A DNA stretch of 64,000 bases from Candidatus Spongiisociaceae bacterium (GCA_965219685.1 CBDCOH010000002.1:3776001-3840000), one strand, 5' to 3'; counted from the first letter of the stretch, positions 48,177-57,528 are shown. Made by a program: numbers and translations. The notes: generated from the letters alone by a model not told the origin.

Positions 48177-49558
48177 TTGCGTTCGTCGACGAGGCGGAGG
48201 GGTTTCTGGCGCCGGTCCACGCCGGTTACTGCGGCCGTCGCCCCCGGGGGTTGCGGATCCACCCGGACCGCCACTCCGAGCAGGAGACGAAGTCCGTCGG
48301 CCAACCGCTCCGCGCTTCCCCCTTCCCATTCGACGACCAGCGTCAGATCCTCCCGGCCTGAAGGGCCGCCGGTGACCCGGAAGTAGTACGAGCCGTTGCA
48401 GCCGGGCTGTGCGGCGATCCACCCTGCCACGGAGTCCGGGTAGATGTTGACGCCCCGGACCTTCACCATGCTGTCGGAGCGGCCCATGAACCCCCGGATG
48501 CGACGGAACACCAGCCCGGACGCGCCGGATCCCTCCAGCCACTCGGTCACGTCGTGGGTGTTGAACCTGATGACCGGAGCCAGATCCTCCTTGTAGAGGC
48601 AGGTGACCACCATGTCCCCCTTCGAAGCCGGTTCTCCCGTCCCTGGATCCAGGACCTCCAGGAAGTGGGCGTCCTCCCACACGTGCATCCCGTCGCGTTC
48701 CGGGCCCTCTCCGGCGACCGAACCTGTGTCGGCAACCCCGTACCAGTCATAGGCGGGTGCGCCTGCCCAGGCTTGCTCGACCTCCCGACGCCCTCCGGTC
48801 CCGAGATGGCCGATGATCATGCGTACCGGGAGGTCGACTCCGGGCTCGAAGCCCTCCTCGGCGGCCACTTCGGCCAGACGGCGCAGGTAGTCGACGAAAC
48901 CCACCAGCACGGTGGCGCCGAAGCGGTGCATGAGCCGCACCTGGCGACGGGAAGGCGTCTCCGATCCGGTACCCGCCGAGAGGAACAGGGCGGGTGTGAA
49001 GTGGGTCACCGCTTCCCGGATGTAGTGGCCCCCGTTGACCATCCCGTGGCCGTAGACCGAGTGGACCACATCGTCGGCCTCGAGGCCCTGCCACGTGTAC
49101 ATCCTGGCAACCAGGATGTTGGCCACTTCCCGTCCCCACGGTCCGAAGATCACCGGCTGGGGGCTTCCGGTGGTTCCGCTAGTCGTGTGAAGGATCATCG
49201 GAGGGACCTCACCCCGCGCGTAGGACTCCGTCCCCGTCATGTCGCCTAGCGGAGGGCGGGCCTCGACCGAGTCCATGAGGTCGGCCTTGTCGTAGACAGG
49301 CAGTCGATGCAGGTCGTCCAGGCCGCGGATGTCACCCGGTTCGATACCCTCTCGGCCCCACAGCCGGCGGTAGAAGGCGGTTGCCCAACCCCGGCGCATC
49401 ACCCTTAGGAACCGCTGCTCCTGGAGGGAGCGCAGCTCATCGCGGCTCATCGCCCGGTACACGCCGGGGAAGGCGGGACCCGCCGGGTATTCCCGGAGGA
49501 GCCGGGCGGTGTCCAGGGCCTCGAAGAAGGTCGGACTTCTCCCGGTGGATCGAGTCAT
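48173..49558 (-). CDS. Phenylacetate-CoA ligase (PaaK/F390) family protein
   Basis: LPVYDKADL, HTTSGTTG, WYGVAD, IRFNTHD, GRSDSMVKVRGVNIYP. Confidence 0.88.
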   Translation of the reverse strand: MTRSTGRSPTFFEALDTARLLREYPAGPAFPGVYRAMSRDELRSLQEQRFLRVMRRGWATAFYRRLWGREGIEPGDIRGLDDLHRLPVYDKADLMDSVEARPPLGDMTGTESYARGEVPPMILHTTSGTTGSPQPVIFGPWGREVANILVARMYTWQGLEADDVVHSVYGHGMVNGGHYIREAVTHFTPALFLSAGTGSETPSRRQVRLMHRFGATVLVGFVDYLRRLAEVAAEEGFEPGVDLPVRMIIGHLGTGGRREVEQAWAGAPAYDWYGVADTGSVAGEGPERDGMHVWEDAHFLEVLDPGTGEPASKGDMVVTCLYKEDLAPVIRFNTHDVTEWLEGSGASGLVFRRIRGFMGRSDSMVKVRGVNIYPDSVAGWIAAQPGCNGSYYFRVTGGPSGREDLTLVVEWEGGSAERLADGLRLLLGVAVRVDPQPPGATAAVTGVDRRQKPLRLVDERK

Positions 49559-50937
49559 AGCAGGTCCGTCAACTCCCTCACATCATCGAGGTCCTCCAAG
49601 CGCCCTACGAGGTCGATCACACGGCCCGTGCGATGGCTGTCCCATCCTTCTGCCCCGTACCCGACGCACGACCTGAACTTGCTGACATGGTCGGTCGGGG
49701 TGAGCGGAGCGGCAGGGGAGCCCGGTAGCTCCTCAACCGTCACGGAGTGTCTAGAGCCGTCGGCGAGGACGATGATCACGGTCTGCGGACTGAAGGCGTT
49801 GGGGTCGGGGGTGTCGTTCACGACGATCCTCACCTTGTCCGCGTGCTCCGCGAAGAGGGGGTCGGCGAGGCGCTCCGGGCGGACGGTCGTGAGGTCGACG
49901 GATCCGTCGACGAGGGCTCCGGCAATCTGGTAGGGGATGCAAAGCCGCAGGTAGTTAGGGGTGGCGTTGGGGACCATCGGTCGGGAACAGAGGTGCTTGA
50001 TCATCGGCGGGACCTCCACGACCACGCTCTCGACGTCACCGGCTTGGAAGCCATGGAGCCGGCGCAGCCTCAGCGTTCCGTCGATGGCCGAGTGGGTGGC
50101 GCGCCCGCTTGGGAACGGCTTGTGGGAGACCTGGGTGACGCGCCAGGGACTTGTCCACTCGTCGAGCAGGCGGACGGTGTCCCCGGCGGCTTCGATAAGC
50201 CCGTAGAAGCCGAACTCGCCCTCGATCACCTGCCGGGGACCCCGATGCCCGGCCTCCGCCAGGTCGACCGACGCGAGGGCGCTGCGGGCGCTGAAAGCCA
50301 TCTGCAGCGCCAGGAGCGCGGAGCCTTCCGAGTGAGGCTGCATGGTGCCCGAGAGCTGGCCGTACGCGATCCCCAGGGCATGGGCGGTCATCTCGGGTCC
50401 CATGCCTCGCAGCCGCGCCAGCGCTGCCACCGCTCCCCACAATCCGTTCGTGCAGGGTCGGAAGAAGCGCAGGGCGGTGGTGGTAGCGGTTCCAAGCCCG
50501 GCGGCGACCTCCACACCCAGCGCGACCCCGGTGATCAGCTCCTCTCCCGAGGTGCGCTCGCCGCGTCGCGAGCGGGCCTGGATGTCGGCGACGGCGGCTG
50601 GAAGCACCACGGTCATCGGGTGGATCACCGCCGGCTCGTGGACGCAGTCGAACTCGAGGCAATGGGCCTGGTGGCTGTTGATCATGGCGGCGCCCCATGC
50701 GGGAAGGGACAGGTTCCTCCCCCACACCGAGGCGTCGGCCGGTCCACCCCATCCCCGTGCTGTTTCCACCAAGCTGCGGCTCTCCGGTGTCCTGGCCCCG
50801 GCGAGACCTACGCCGATGGTGTCCAGGATGAATGTCTTGGTCGCTTCGACTGCCGTTGAGGGAAGATCCCCGGGCAGGCAGCGGCTGACTCGCTCGGCGA
50901 GGATCTCGGAAACGCTGGGAACGGGAGGCTCTGGCAT
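49555..50937 (-). CDS. MmgE/PrpD family protein
   Basis: ILDTIGVGLAG, AHCLEFDCVH..IHP, KPFPSGRATH, PGSP..PL. Confidence 0.9.
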   Translation of the reverse strand: MPEPPVPSVSEILAERVSRCLPGDLPSTAVEATKTFILDTIGVGLAGARTPESRSLVETARGWGGPADASVWGRNLSLPAWGAAMINSHQAHCLEFDCVHEPAVIHPMTVVLPAAVADIQARSRRGERTSGEELITGVALGVEVAAGLGTATTTALRFFRPCTNGLWGAVAALARLRGMGPEMTAHALGIAYGQLSGTMQPHSEGSALLALQMAFSARSALASVDLAEAGHRGPRQVIEGEFGFYGLIEAAGDTVRLLDEWTSPWRVTQVSHKPFPSGRATHSAIDGTLRLRRLHGFQAGDVESVVVEVPPMIKHLCSRPMVPNATPNYLRLCIPYQIAGALVDGSVDLTTVRPERLADPLFAEHADKVRIVVNDTPDPNAFSPQTVIIVLADGSRHSVTVEELPGSPAAPLTPTDHVSKFRSCVGYGAEGWDSHRTGRVIDLVGRLEDLDDVRELTDLL

Positions 50938-51003
50938 AACGGGATCATGATACGGACTAGGCGTCGATGCTTCCGAGAAGGCGGTTCCGTTCCGCTTGTG
51001 AGG

Positions 51004-52164
51004 TCAGTACCTGTCCGGCTCGGAGCCTTGCAGGTCGGCGAGATCGCCGATCACCTGCTCGGGAAGGGGGGCCTCCACGAGGATCGTGGCGCCGTGGTCG
51101 TAATAGTCGGTCGTCGACACGAGTTGGGGCATGTCCTCGAGTCCGTCGCCATCGGAACCGGCGAGGTTGGGCATGAGTGAGTCGAGGTCGATGACGGTGC
51201 GGTGTATCAGCAGGTCGTCGTCGATCCAGATGTCGGCCTGGATCCCGGCGTCGACCGGAAACATCTCCTCGAGGCCATCAGGATCGCCACCGCCGTTCTC
51301 CAAGTCCGGTACTGACTCCAGTCTCAGGCCGATCACGTCCTGGACAGAAAGGGTGAGTCGGATCACGGTCGTCTCGAACCCGCGCAGGGTCTCCCGGCCG
51401 ACGATGGTCGCGTCGTCGACGAACTCGGGTAGGAGCATGGCGGTGTCGCTCAGCGGGTCACAGGCCGAGATCGATCCCTCGGGATCGAGAAAGGCCAGCG
51501 GCGATGGGCAACCGACTCCCAGTTCCGCCGCCGATGCCTCGTCAACGGTCAGCCAGGCGTCGGGCGCGGCTGTTTCCAACCCCAGCGAGCGAAGGAGCTC
51601 CGGAGGAAGCTGTACGTATGCCGTCCCATCCACGAATCTGAGCTCCATGCTGAGCGAACCGAACAGCGTGAAAGTCATGGCGGTATTGCCGTCCGCGCCG
51701 GTCTCGAAGGTCGCCGAGGCGAACACAGCGCCGGCGCTCGGAGACAAGGAGACCGTGAACTCCCCCCGCACAGGCTGCCCGACGGACGCCTCAGCGGCCG
51801 CAGACAGGAGCGCCGAGGCGTCGAGGTCTCCCGCGGTCGGAGGTGGTCGATCGACTCCGGCGTCCGGGCTCGTGGTGGAGACTGCCGGTTCAGGCTCCTC
51901 CTCGCTCGTGTCGGGAACCGGAGGATCGGGTTCGTCGTCAGGCCCTGAGACGGTGGTCGACGGTGCTGGAGCCGTGTCGGTGGGCGTGACGGTGGTGGAG
52001 GGTCCCGAACCCACATCAACGGCCGCCCGGAGAGAGTCCGGCTCGGTCACCGAGACCTGTGCATCGTCGAAGTTGGTGTTGTTGGTGGACGAATCACCGC
52101 ATGCCGCGGCCACGACCACCACGGCCACCAGGAGGATCATCAGTGATCGGATGTCTCGATACAT
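51004..52164 (-). CDS. Lipoprotein with P/T/D-rich linker and LppX/LprAFG-like C-terminal domain
   Basis: VAAAC-GD lipobox, ELRFVDGTAYV, DIWIDDD, DYYDHGATILVEAP. Confidence 0.7.
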   Translation of the reverse strand: MYRDIRSLMILLVAVVVVAAACGDSSTNNTNFDDAQVSVTEPDSLRAAVDVGSGPSTTVTPTDTAPAPSTTVSGPDDEPDPPVPDTSEEEPEPAVSTTSPDAGVDRPPPTAGDLDASALLSAAAEASVGQPVRGEFTVSLSPSAGAVFASATFETGADGNTAMTFTLFGSLSMELRFVDGTAYVQLPPELLRSLGLETAAPDAWLTVDEASAAELGVGCPSPLAFLDPEGSISACDPLSDTAMLLPEFVDDATIVGRETLRGFETTVIRLTLSVQDVIGLRLESVPDLENGGGDPDGLEEMFPVDAGIQADIWIDDDLLIHRTVIDLDSLMPNLAGSDGDGLEDMPQLVSTTDYYDHGATILVEAPLPEQVIGDLADLQGSEPDRY

Positions 52165-52324
52165 GGCTACCCCGTTGTCCATCCCAGGCGGTAACAGGCG
52201 GCCTTCCGGCCCGATCTGAACCGTGCGCATTCTCCGTGCATGAACGCCACGTTATCGCTCCGTGCTCGTTATGGAGCAGGTAACGGTCGCCGGCCGCAGG
52301 ACCGCACCGTGTACATTGTGCGGG

Positions 52325-52609
52325 GTGCTGAACTGGCAGGCGGTAGTGAAGGTTCCGGACCCTGCGGCCACGCTACCGGTCGGGGTGAGGATCGCCCGTG
52401 CTCTCCAGACCGAAGCCGGATCCCAGGAGCGGGTGAGCCTCGAGATATACCGCCACCGGGGCCAGAAGCGCTACGGCTTCTTCGTCAAGCTCGTCGCGCC
52501 CGATCAGGGCGAAGCTGCCGCGTCGGCGGTTCGTGCCACGGTCCGGGCGTTCGAAGCGGAAGGGCTGCCCGTCCCGACGGAGCTGACCGTGAGCATTGTT
52601 AGGTGTTAG
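52325..52609 (+). CDS. Hypothetical protein
   Basis: High-GC3 ORF; TACATT -10 precedes GTG 52325; no recognisable motif. Confidence 0.5.
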   Translation: MLNWQAVVKVPDPAATLPVGVRIARALQTEAGSQERVSLEIYRHRGQKRYGFFVKLVAPDQGEAAASAVRATVRAFEAEGLPVPTELTVSIVRC

Positions 52610-52687
52610 ATATTAGATTAATCTAGCGATTATAGCGATCTAGTATGGACCTCACCATTCACCATTCACTATTCACCATTCACCACT
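52600..52687. repeat. Opposed heptamer arrays between convergent genes
   Basis: TAGGTGT TAGATAT TAGATTA (52600-52620, supplies stop 52607-52609) and CACCATT-type x5 (52653-52687) abutting the SDR stop. Confidence 0.8.
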
Positions 52688-53499
52688 CAGTGAACCTCTT
52701 CGCCGCCGCTCACGTTCAGGGCTTGGCCGGTGGTGAATTCTCCCGCCTCTCCGGCGAGGATGAGGACCGCTCTCGCCACGTCGAGCGGTTGGCCGAGCCG
52801 GCCCATCGGAATCGCGTCGATCCAGCGCTGAATCAGATCCTCCGGAGAGATACCCATCTTCTCCCCGAAGAACTCGAAGTCCTCCTCCATGATGCCGGTC
52901 ACGACGTTGGTGGGGCATAGGCAGTTGACGGTTACCTCGGGGGCAGCTTCCTTGGCGATCGCCTGGGTGAAGCCGATGATCGCTGCTTTCGCGGCGGAGT
53001 AGTGGGCCGTGTATGGGGCGGGCGTCTTGCCCAGCATCGAGGAGAGCGAGATCACCCGACCCCAGCCCGACCTTCTCATACCGGGAAGCAGCGCCCGGGT
53101 CATCAGGTAGGTCCCCCTCAGGCTCACCGCCATCACCGCGTCGAACTCGTTCTCCCTCAGCTCGAGGAAGGGTGCCATGGTGACGATCCCGGCGTTGTTG
53201 ACCAGGATCTGGATGACCCCCGCTGCTCGCACAGCTTCGGAGGCGAACTGCTCCACCTGCTCTTGGTCCGTGACGTCGAAGGCGTAGTGGTCGGCCGAGC
53301 CGCCCTCACCGCGGATCCCCCCGGCAGCGTCCCGTGCGGCAGGCTCGTCGATGTCGGTCACCAGTACATGCGCGCCAGCCGCGGCCAGGATCCGCGCGGT
53401 CTCGCGGCCGATACCCCGCCCCGCGCCGGTGACGACGGCCACCCGCCCATCGAGACGAAGGCTCGGAATCAGGTCCCCGTATGTGACCTCCGAAGCCAT
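52687..53499 (-). CDS. Short-chain dehydrogenase/reductase
   Basis: TGAGRGIG, LVNNAG, YSAAK, TGQALNVSGG. Confidence 0.93.
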   Translation of the reverse strand: MASEVTYGDLIPSLRLDGRVAVVTGAGRGIGRETARILAAAGAHVLVTDIDEPAARDAAGGIRGEGGSADHYAFDVTDQEQVEQFASEAVRAAGVIQILVNNAGIVTMAPFLELRENEFDAVMAVSLRGTYLMTRALLPGMRRSGWGRVISLSSMLGKTPAPYTAHYSAAKAAIIGFTQAIAKEAAPEVTVNCLCPTNVVTGIMEEDFEFFGEKMGISPEDLIQRWIDAIPMGRLGQPLDVARAVLILAGEAGEFTTGQALNVSGGEEVH

Positions 53500-53634
53500 C
53501 ACCCCAGATTAGGTGTCGGTTGCCGGTAGGCAACTGCGCGTTTGTCGAAAAACAGGTCGCTGTTCCGGCGGATGGCGGCACCTGTCAATAACCTCTATTC
53601 GGACGAACTCACTGCCCGACCAGGGAGAGGTAAG

Positions 53635-54651
53635 TTGCCCGTCTACACAGTTCTCGGACCGATCGAACCCCAGGACCTGGGACCCACAACCATGCACGAG
53701 CACCTGCTCATCAACGCGGTTGATGCGCTGGACGACCCGCACACCGAGACGATCGATCGTCCCATCACGATCGAGCAGATCGGCGACCTCCGCTGGAACG
53801 CGGTCTCGAACAAGTTCAACCTATCGCTCGATGATCCGGAGATCACGGTCGCCGAGTTACGGCGGTTCCATGCGGCGGGAGGCCGGGGGATCGTCGATGT
53901 GACCCCCATCGGTATCGGTCGCCGGGTAGGCGAGTTGCCCGCGATCTCGGAACGGAGCGAGGTGCACATCATGGTGGGATGCGGTTTCTATCGTGGACCG
54001 AGCCACCCCTCCTGGATCGGGCACAAGTCGGCCAAGGATGTGGCGGCCTACCTGGTCGACGAGCTGGACAACGGGCTGGACGGAACCGGCATCCGTCCGG
54101 CGCTCATCGGTGAGATCGGTACTACCGATCCTGTCACCTCCGACGAGTTCAAGGTGCTCCACGGGTCGGCCATCGCCGCAAGCCGCACGGGCGCCGCCAT
54201 CAGCGTTCACCTCGACCCGCAGGGCCAGTACCAGGCCCCGGGGATCCTGGAATGGTTGGCGGGCCACGGGGCGGACCCGTCCCGGATCGTGTTCGGCCAC
54301 TCTGACGAGATCCTCGACCTCGACAACCACCGCAGCTTGATGGAGGCCGGGGCCACCGTCGAGTACGACCTGTTCGGCACCGAGTTCTACTACCCGGGCC
54401 GCGGCAACTACGCCACCGACTACGAGCGGATGGAGGCTGTTGCGCTCCTGGTGTCGGAAGGCTACGCCGACCGGCTGGTCCTCGCCGGCGACGTGCACCT
54501 CAAGATGATGCTCACCGCGTACGGAGGGATGGGCTACGCCCACGTCATGGGAAGGATCGTTCCGTTCCTGAGGAAGGAGTTCGGGCTCGGGTCCCGGGAC
54601 CTGGACCGGATGCTGGTCGAGAATCCCGCCCGCCTGCTCGACCGTCCCTGA
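53635..54651 (+). CDS. Phosphotriesterase-family (PHP/PTE-like) amidohydrolase
   Basis: TVLGPI..LGPTTMHEH, VDVTP.GIGR, GEIG, SVH, FGH, AGD, NPARLL; TTG 53635 after GGGAGAGG. Confidence 0.9.
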   Translation: MPVYTVLGPIEPQDLGPTTMHEHLLINAVDALDDPHTETIDRPITIEQIGDLRWNAVSNKFNLSLDDPEITVAELRRFHAAGGRGIVDVTPIGIGRRVGELPAISERSEVHIMVGCGFYRGPSHPSWIGHKSAKDVAAYLVDELDNGLDGTGIRPALIGEIGTTDPVTSDEFKVLHGSAIAASRTGAAISVHLDPQGQYQAPGILEWLAGHGADPSRIVFGHSDEILDLDNHRSLMEAGATVEYDLFGTEFYYPGRGNYATDYERMEAVALLVSEGYADRLVLAGDVHLKMMLTAYGGMGYAHVMGRIVPFLRKEFGLGSRDLDRMLVENPARLLDRP

Positions 54652-54771
54652 CCCCACGGGGTCCGATCAGGGGCGCCATGTCCGGGCGTCCTGTCTGGTC
54701 CGCGGCGACGGACGACACCAGCATCGTTAAGGGTCTTGTCACGGCCTACATGGTGATGTATATCTCACGTT

Positions 54772-55104
54772 ATGAGTAGATGGAAATATACATTGATGAT
54801 TCCTGACTTCCCCCATGCGGGACTCGCCAAGCAACTACCCGACACGATGCACGCGGAGATCAGAGCTCAGCAACAGGTGGGCAAGGAGCTCTACCATCAC
54901 CTACGCCGCAAGCACCAGGGGCACTTCCTGAGTGCGGAGGCGGCCGAAGTGATAGCAGGAGTTGCCACGACGCTCCTCGGTACGGCTCTGGTGCTGGAGG
55001 GTTGCGGGCTCCCGATACCTCCCGAGTTGTCGGTGGTGGTCTCGCAGCAGCCGAGCGAGGATGGAGCCGACCGCCGAGTTCGCCGCGGGTCGGCATCGGA
55101 GTAA
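54772..55104 (+). CDS. Hypothetical protein
   Basis: Fills the gap between PTE and HAD genes; no motif recognised. Confidence 0.4.
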   Translation: MSRWKYTLMIPDFPHAGLAKQLPDTMHAEIRAQQQVGKELYHHLRRKHQGHFLSAEAAEVIAGVATTLLGTALVLEGCGLPIPPELSVVVSQQPSEDGADRRVRRGSASE

Positions 55105-55119
55105 CGTGGTCGCCGGCTT

Positions 55120-55764
55120 ATGGCGATACGTGCAGTTGTGTTCGACTTCGGAGGCGTGGTCATCCGGACGCCGTTCGAGATGGCCCCCGGCCTCGAGCGG
55201 CGGCTCGGGCTGGCGACCGGCAGCATCGACCTGGCCGGGCCCTTCGACCCCGGCGCGGATCCACTGTGGCGTAGATTCCGGGCCGGGGAGTTCACCGAAC
55301 TCGCATACTGGCAGCGCCAAGCCGACCGCCACGCCGAGATGATCGGCGCGGGGGAGGACCGCCTGCGGAGCCTGATGGATGCCCTCTTCGAAGCACCGCG
55401 GCACGAGGTCCTCCGGCCCGACACCTGGCAGTTACGCCGGACGCTGATCGCCGGCGGCCTGCGCGTGGCGGCGCTGACCAACGACCTCAGCCGCTTCCAC
55501 GACCCTGCCTGGATCGAACGCATGGACGTGCTCGACAAGTTCGATCCGTTCGTGGACCTATCCAACACCGGCATCCTCAAGCCCGACCCGAGGGGATACC
55601 GCCGCGTGCTCGCCGGCCTGCACGTCGCAGCCGAACAGGTGCTCTTCGTCGACGACCAACCCGTCAACATCGAAGGCGCCGAAAATGTAGGTATGCAAGC
55701 CGTCCACTTCGATGTCCTCGACCGCCCTGCCTCGATCAGGCAGGTTCTGGAAGCGACCTCGTGA
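55120..55764 (+). CDS. HAD-IA family hydrolase
   Basis: AVVFDFGGV, LTND, KPDP, FVDD..NIEGA. Confidence 0.9.
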   Translation: MAIRAVVFDFGGVVIRTPFEMAPGLERRLGLATGSIDLAGPFDPGADPLWRRFRAGEFTELAYWQRQADRHAEMIGAGEDRLRSLMDALFEAPRHEVLRPDTWQLRRTLIAGGLRVAALTNDLSRFHDPAWIERMDVLDKFDPFVDLSNTGILKPDPRGYRRVLAGLHVAAEQVLFVDDQPVNIEGAENVGMQAVHFDVLDRPASIRQVLEATS

Positions 55765-55893
55765 GTGGTGAGTGGTGAGTGGTGAGTGGTGAGTGGTGAG
55801 TGGTGAGTGGTGAGTGGTGAGTGGTGAGTGGTGAGTGGTGAGTGGTGAATGGTGAATGGTGAGTGGTGAATGGTGAATGGTGAGTGGTGAATG
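55761..55893 (+). repeat. 19-unit heptamer array GTGA(G/A)TG beginning in the HAD stop codon
   Basis: 12 x GTGAGTG followed by 7 mixed GTGAATG/GTGAGTG units. Confidence 0.97.
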
Positions 55894-55927
55894 GTAGCAT
55901 ACCCTTATCAAGCTGTATCATCGGACA

Positions 55928-55948
55928 ACTAGCAACTAGCCACTAACT
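55928..55948. repeat. Heptamer array (ACTAGCA-like x3) supplying the symporter stop
   Basis: ACTAGCA ACTAGCC ACTAACT; stop 55936-55938. Confidence 0.7.
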
Positions 55949-57528
55949 GGCGTCGGGTCTGCCCAATCCGGGCTGTTGACCTCGTCGAAGAGTCGGGTGA
56001 TCTCGTCGGAGGGGGGAGAGGTCGCCAGGGTCACCGCGACGGCCAGGAGCGTTGCGGCCACTACGCCCGGGACGGCCGGGTTGATCTCCCACAGACCGAT
56101 CTCCTGGAGGTTCCTGACCGTGGCAGCGAACCCGAGAGACTCGGTCAGGTTGAGCAGTCCCTGGTTGCCCAGGTCCATCAGCCACCAGAAGGTGGATACC
56201 AGGGTGCCAGATATGAGGCCGGTGAAGGCCCCGGCCAGGTTGAAGCGCCTCCAATACAGGGCTAGGACCGTGACCGGGCCGAAGGCTGCGCCCATGCCTC
56301 CCCAGGCGAGCGAAACGAGGGCGAAGACCGAGTCCGGGGAGACGATCGAGACCACAGCTGCCAGCGCACCGATCGTAACGAGCAGCAACCTCCCCATTGC
56401 TACCCTTCCCCCGGTTCGCATTTGCTCGGTGATCCGCTTGAACCAGGGCACGTCGCTCGAAGCGATGGCGGAAGCCAGCAGCAGTTGCGAGTCGGCGGTG
56501 CTCATGACGGCCGCTACCACGCCGGTCAGCAGCAGGCCGCCCACGATGGGGTGGAAGAAGACCGACGAGACCACAAGGTAGAGCCGTTCGGCGTCGGGAA
56601 TGCCCACTCCTCGGGCGGCCAACGCCGGGGCGGCGACCAATCCCATCAACAGCCCCAAGAAGAACATGAGGCCACCCCATCCCACGGCTATGTACGTACT
56701 CTGAGGGATCTGGCCTTCGTCCTTCATCGCCATGAACCGCGCCAGGAGGCGGAGAGATCCGAAGCTGCCCAGTCCCCAGCCGAGGGCAGAAACGTAGGTC
56801 AGCAAGCCCAGCGTGTCGCCGCCCGTGTCGGTGAACGGGTTCCAGAATCCCGGAGCCGCCGACCCGAGGCCCTCGAAGGGGTTGCTGCTGATCAGCATGA
56901 GCGTCACGGGGATGATGGCGAAGCCGCCCAACATGATCAGCGCCTGGAACACATCCGTGCGCGAGACGGCGAGGAACCCCCCTATGAAGGTATACGAGAG
57001 GACCGCCAACAGGGTGATGAGGATTGCCATGTCGTGGCCGGCGCCGGCGCGGTCCAGATCGAACACCTCCCTGAGGAGCTTGGCGCCCGAGATCAGCCCT
57101 GAGCAGACGTAGAGCGTGATGAAGTAGAGGCTGACCATGGCTGCCAGCCCCCGCAACGCGCCGGTGGAGTCACCGAAGCGCTTCTCCCAGAACTCAGGGA
57201 TCGTCAGCGAATTGTCCGCGCTGATGGTGTACCGCCGCAGCCGCTTGGCGGTGACGATCCAGGCGAGCCACATGCCCAAGACGATCCAGACTGCGGTCCA
57301 GAGATGCATCAGACCGCCGGCGAATGCCAGCGCCGGAAGCACCAGCATGGTCCAGCCACTCGCAGAGGACGAACCGGCGCTGAGGGCAGCCGTGAAGCTA
57401 CCGAGCCGGCGGCCACCTAGGACGTAGTCGCCCATGTTCGCCATGTGGCCCGACCGCTGCACAGCAATACCGATGAGAATTGCGAAGTACAGGGCGAAGA
57501 CGATCAGTATCCAGACCCATTCAGCCAT
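55936..57528 (-). CDS. putP: Sodium:solute symporter, PutP-like
   Basis: DYVLGGRRLG, ALSAGSS..SGW, GGFLAVSRTD, AAVMSTADSQLL, AWGGMGAAFGP. Confidence 0.85.
   Translation of the reverse strand: MAEWVWILIVFALYFAILIGIAVQRSGHMANMGDYVLGGRRLGSFTAALSAGSSSASGWTMLVLPALAFAGGLMHLWTAVWIVLGMWLAWIVTAKRLRRYTISADNSLTIPEFWEKRFGDSTGALRGLAAMVSLYFITLYVCSGLISGAKLLREVFDLDRAGAGHDMAILITLLAVLSYTFIGGFLAVSRTDVFQALIMLGGFAIIPVTLMLISSNPFEGLGSAAPGFWNPFTDTGGDTLGLLTYVSALGWGLGSFGSLRLLARFMAMKDEGQIPQSTYIAVGWGGLMFFLGLLMGLVAAPALAARGVGIPDAERLYLVVSSVFFHPIVGGLLLTGVVAAVMSTADSQLLLASAIASSDVPWFKRITEQMRTGGRVAMGRLLLVTIGALAAVVSIVSPDSVFALVSLAWGGMGAAFGPVTVLALYWRRFNLAGAFTGLISGTLVSTFWWLMDLGNQGLLNLTESLGFAATVRNLQEIGLWEINPAVPGVVAATLLAVAVTLATSPPSDEITRLFDEVNSPDWADPTPVSG

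Noticed and set aside
55761-55893. Possible CRISPR array
   Set aside because: Contiguous 7-bp units without spacers and no cas genes.
55558-55921. Minus-strand ORFs with (HHSPLTT)n repeats; similar peptides at 27553, 36065 and 52645
   Set aside because: These are translations of the stop-free strand of the heptamer arrays and overlap real genes; there is no independent coding evidence.
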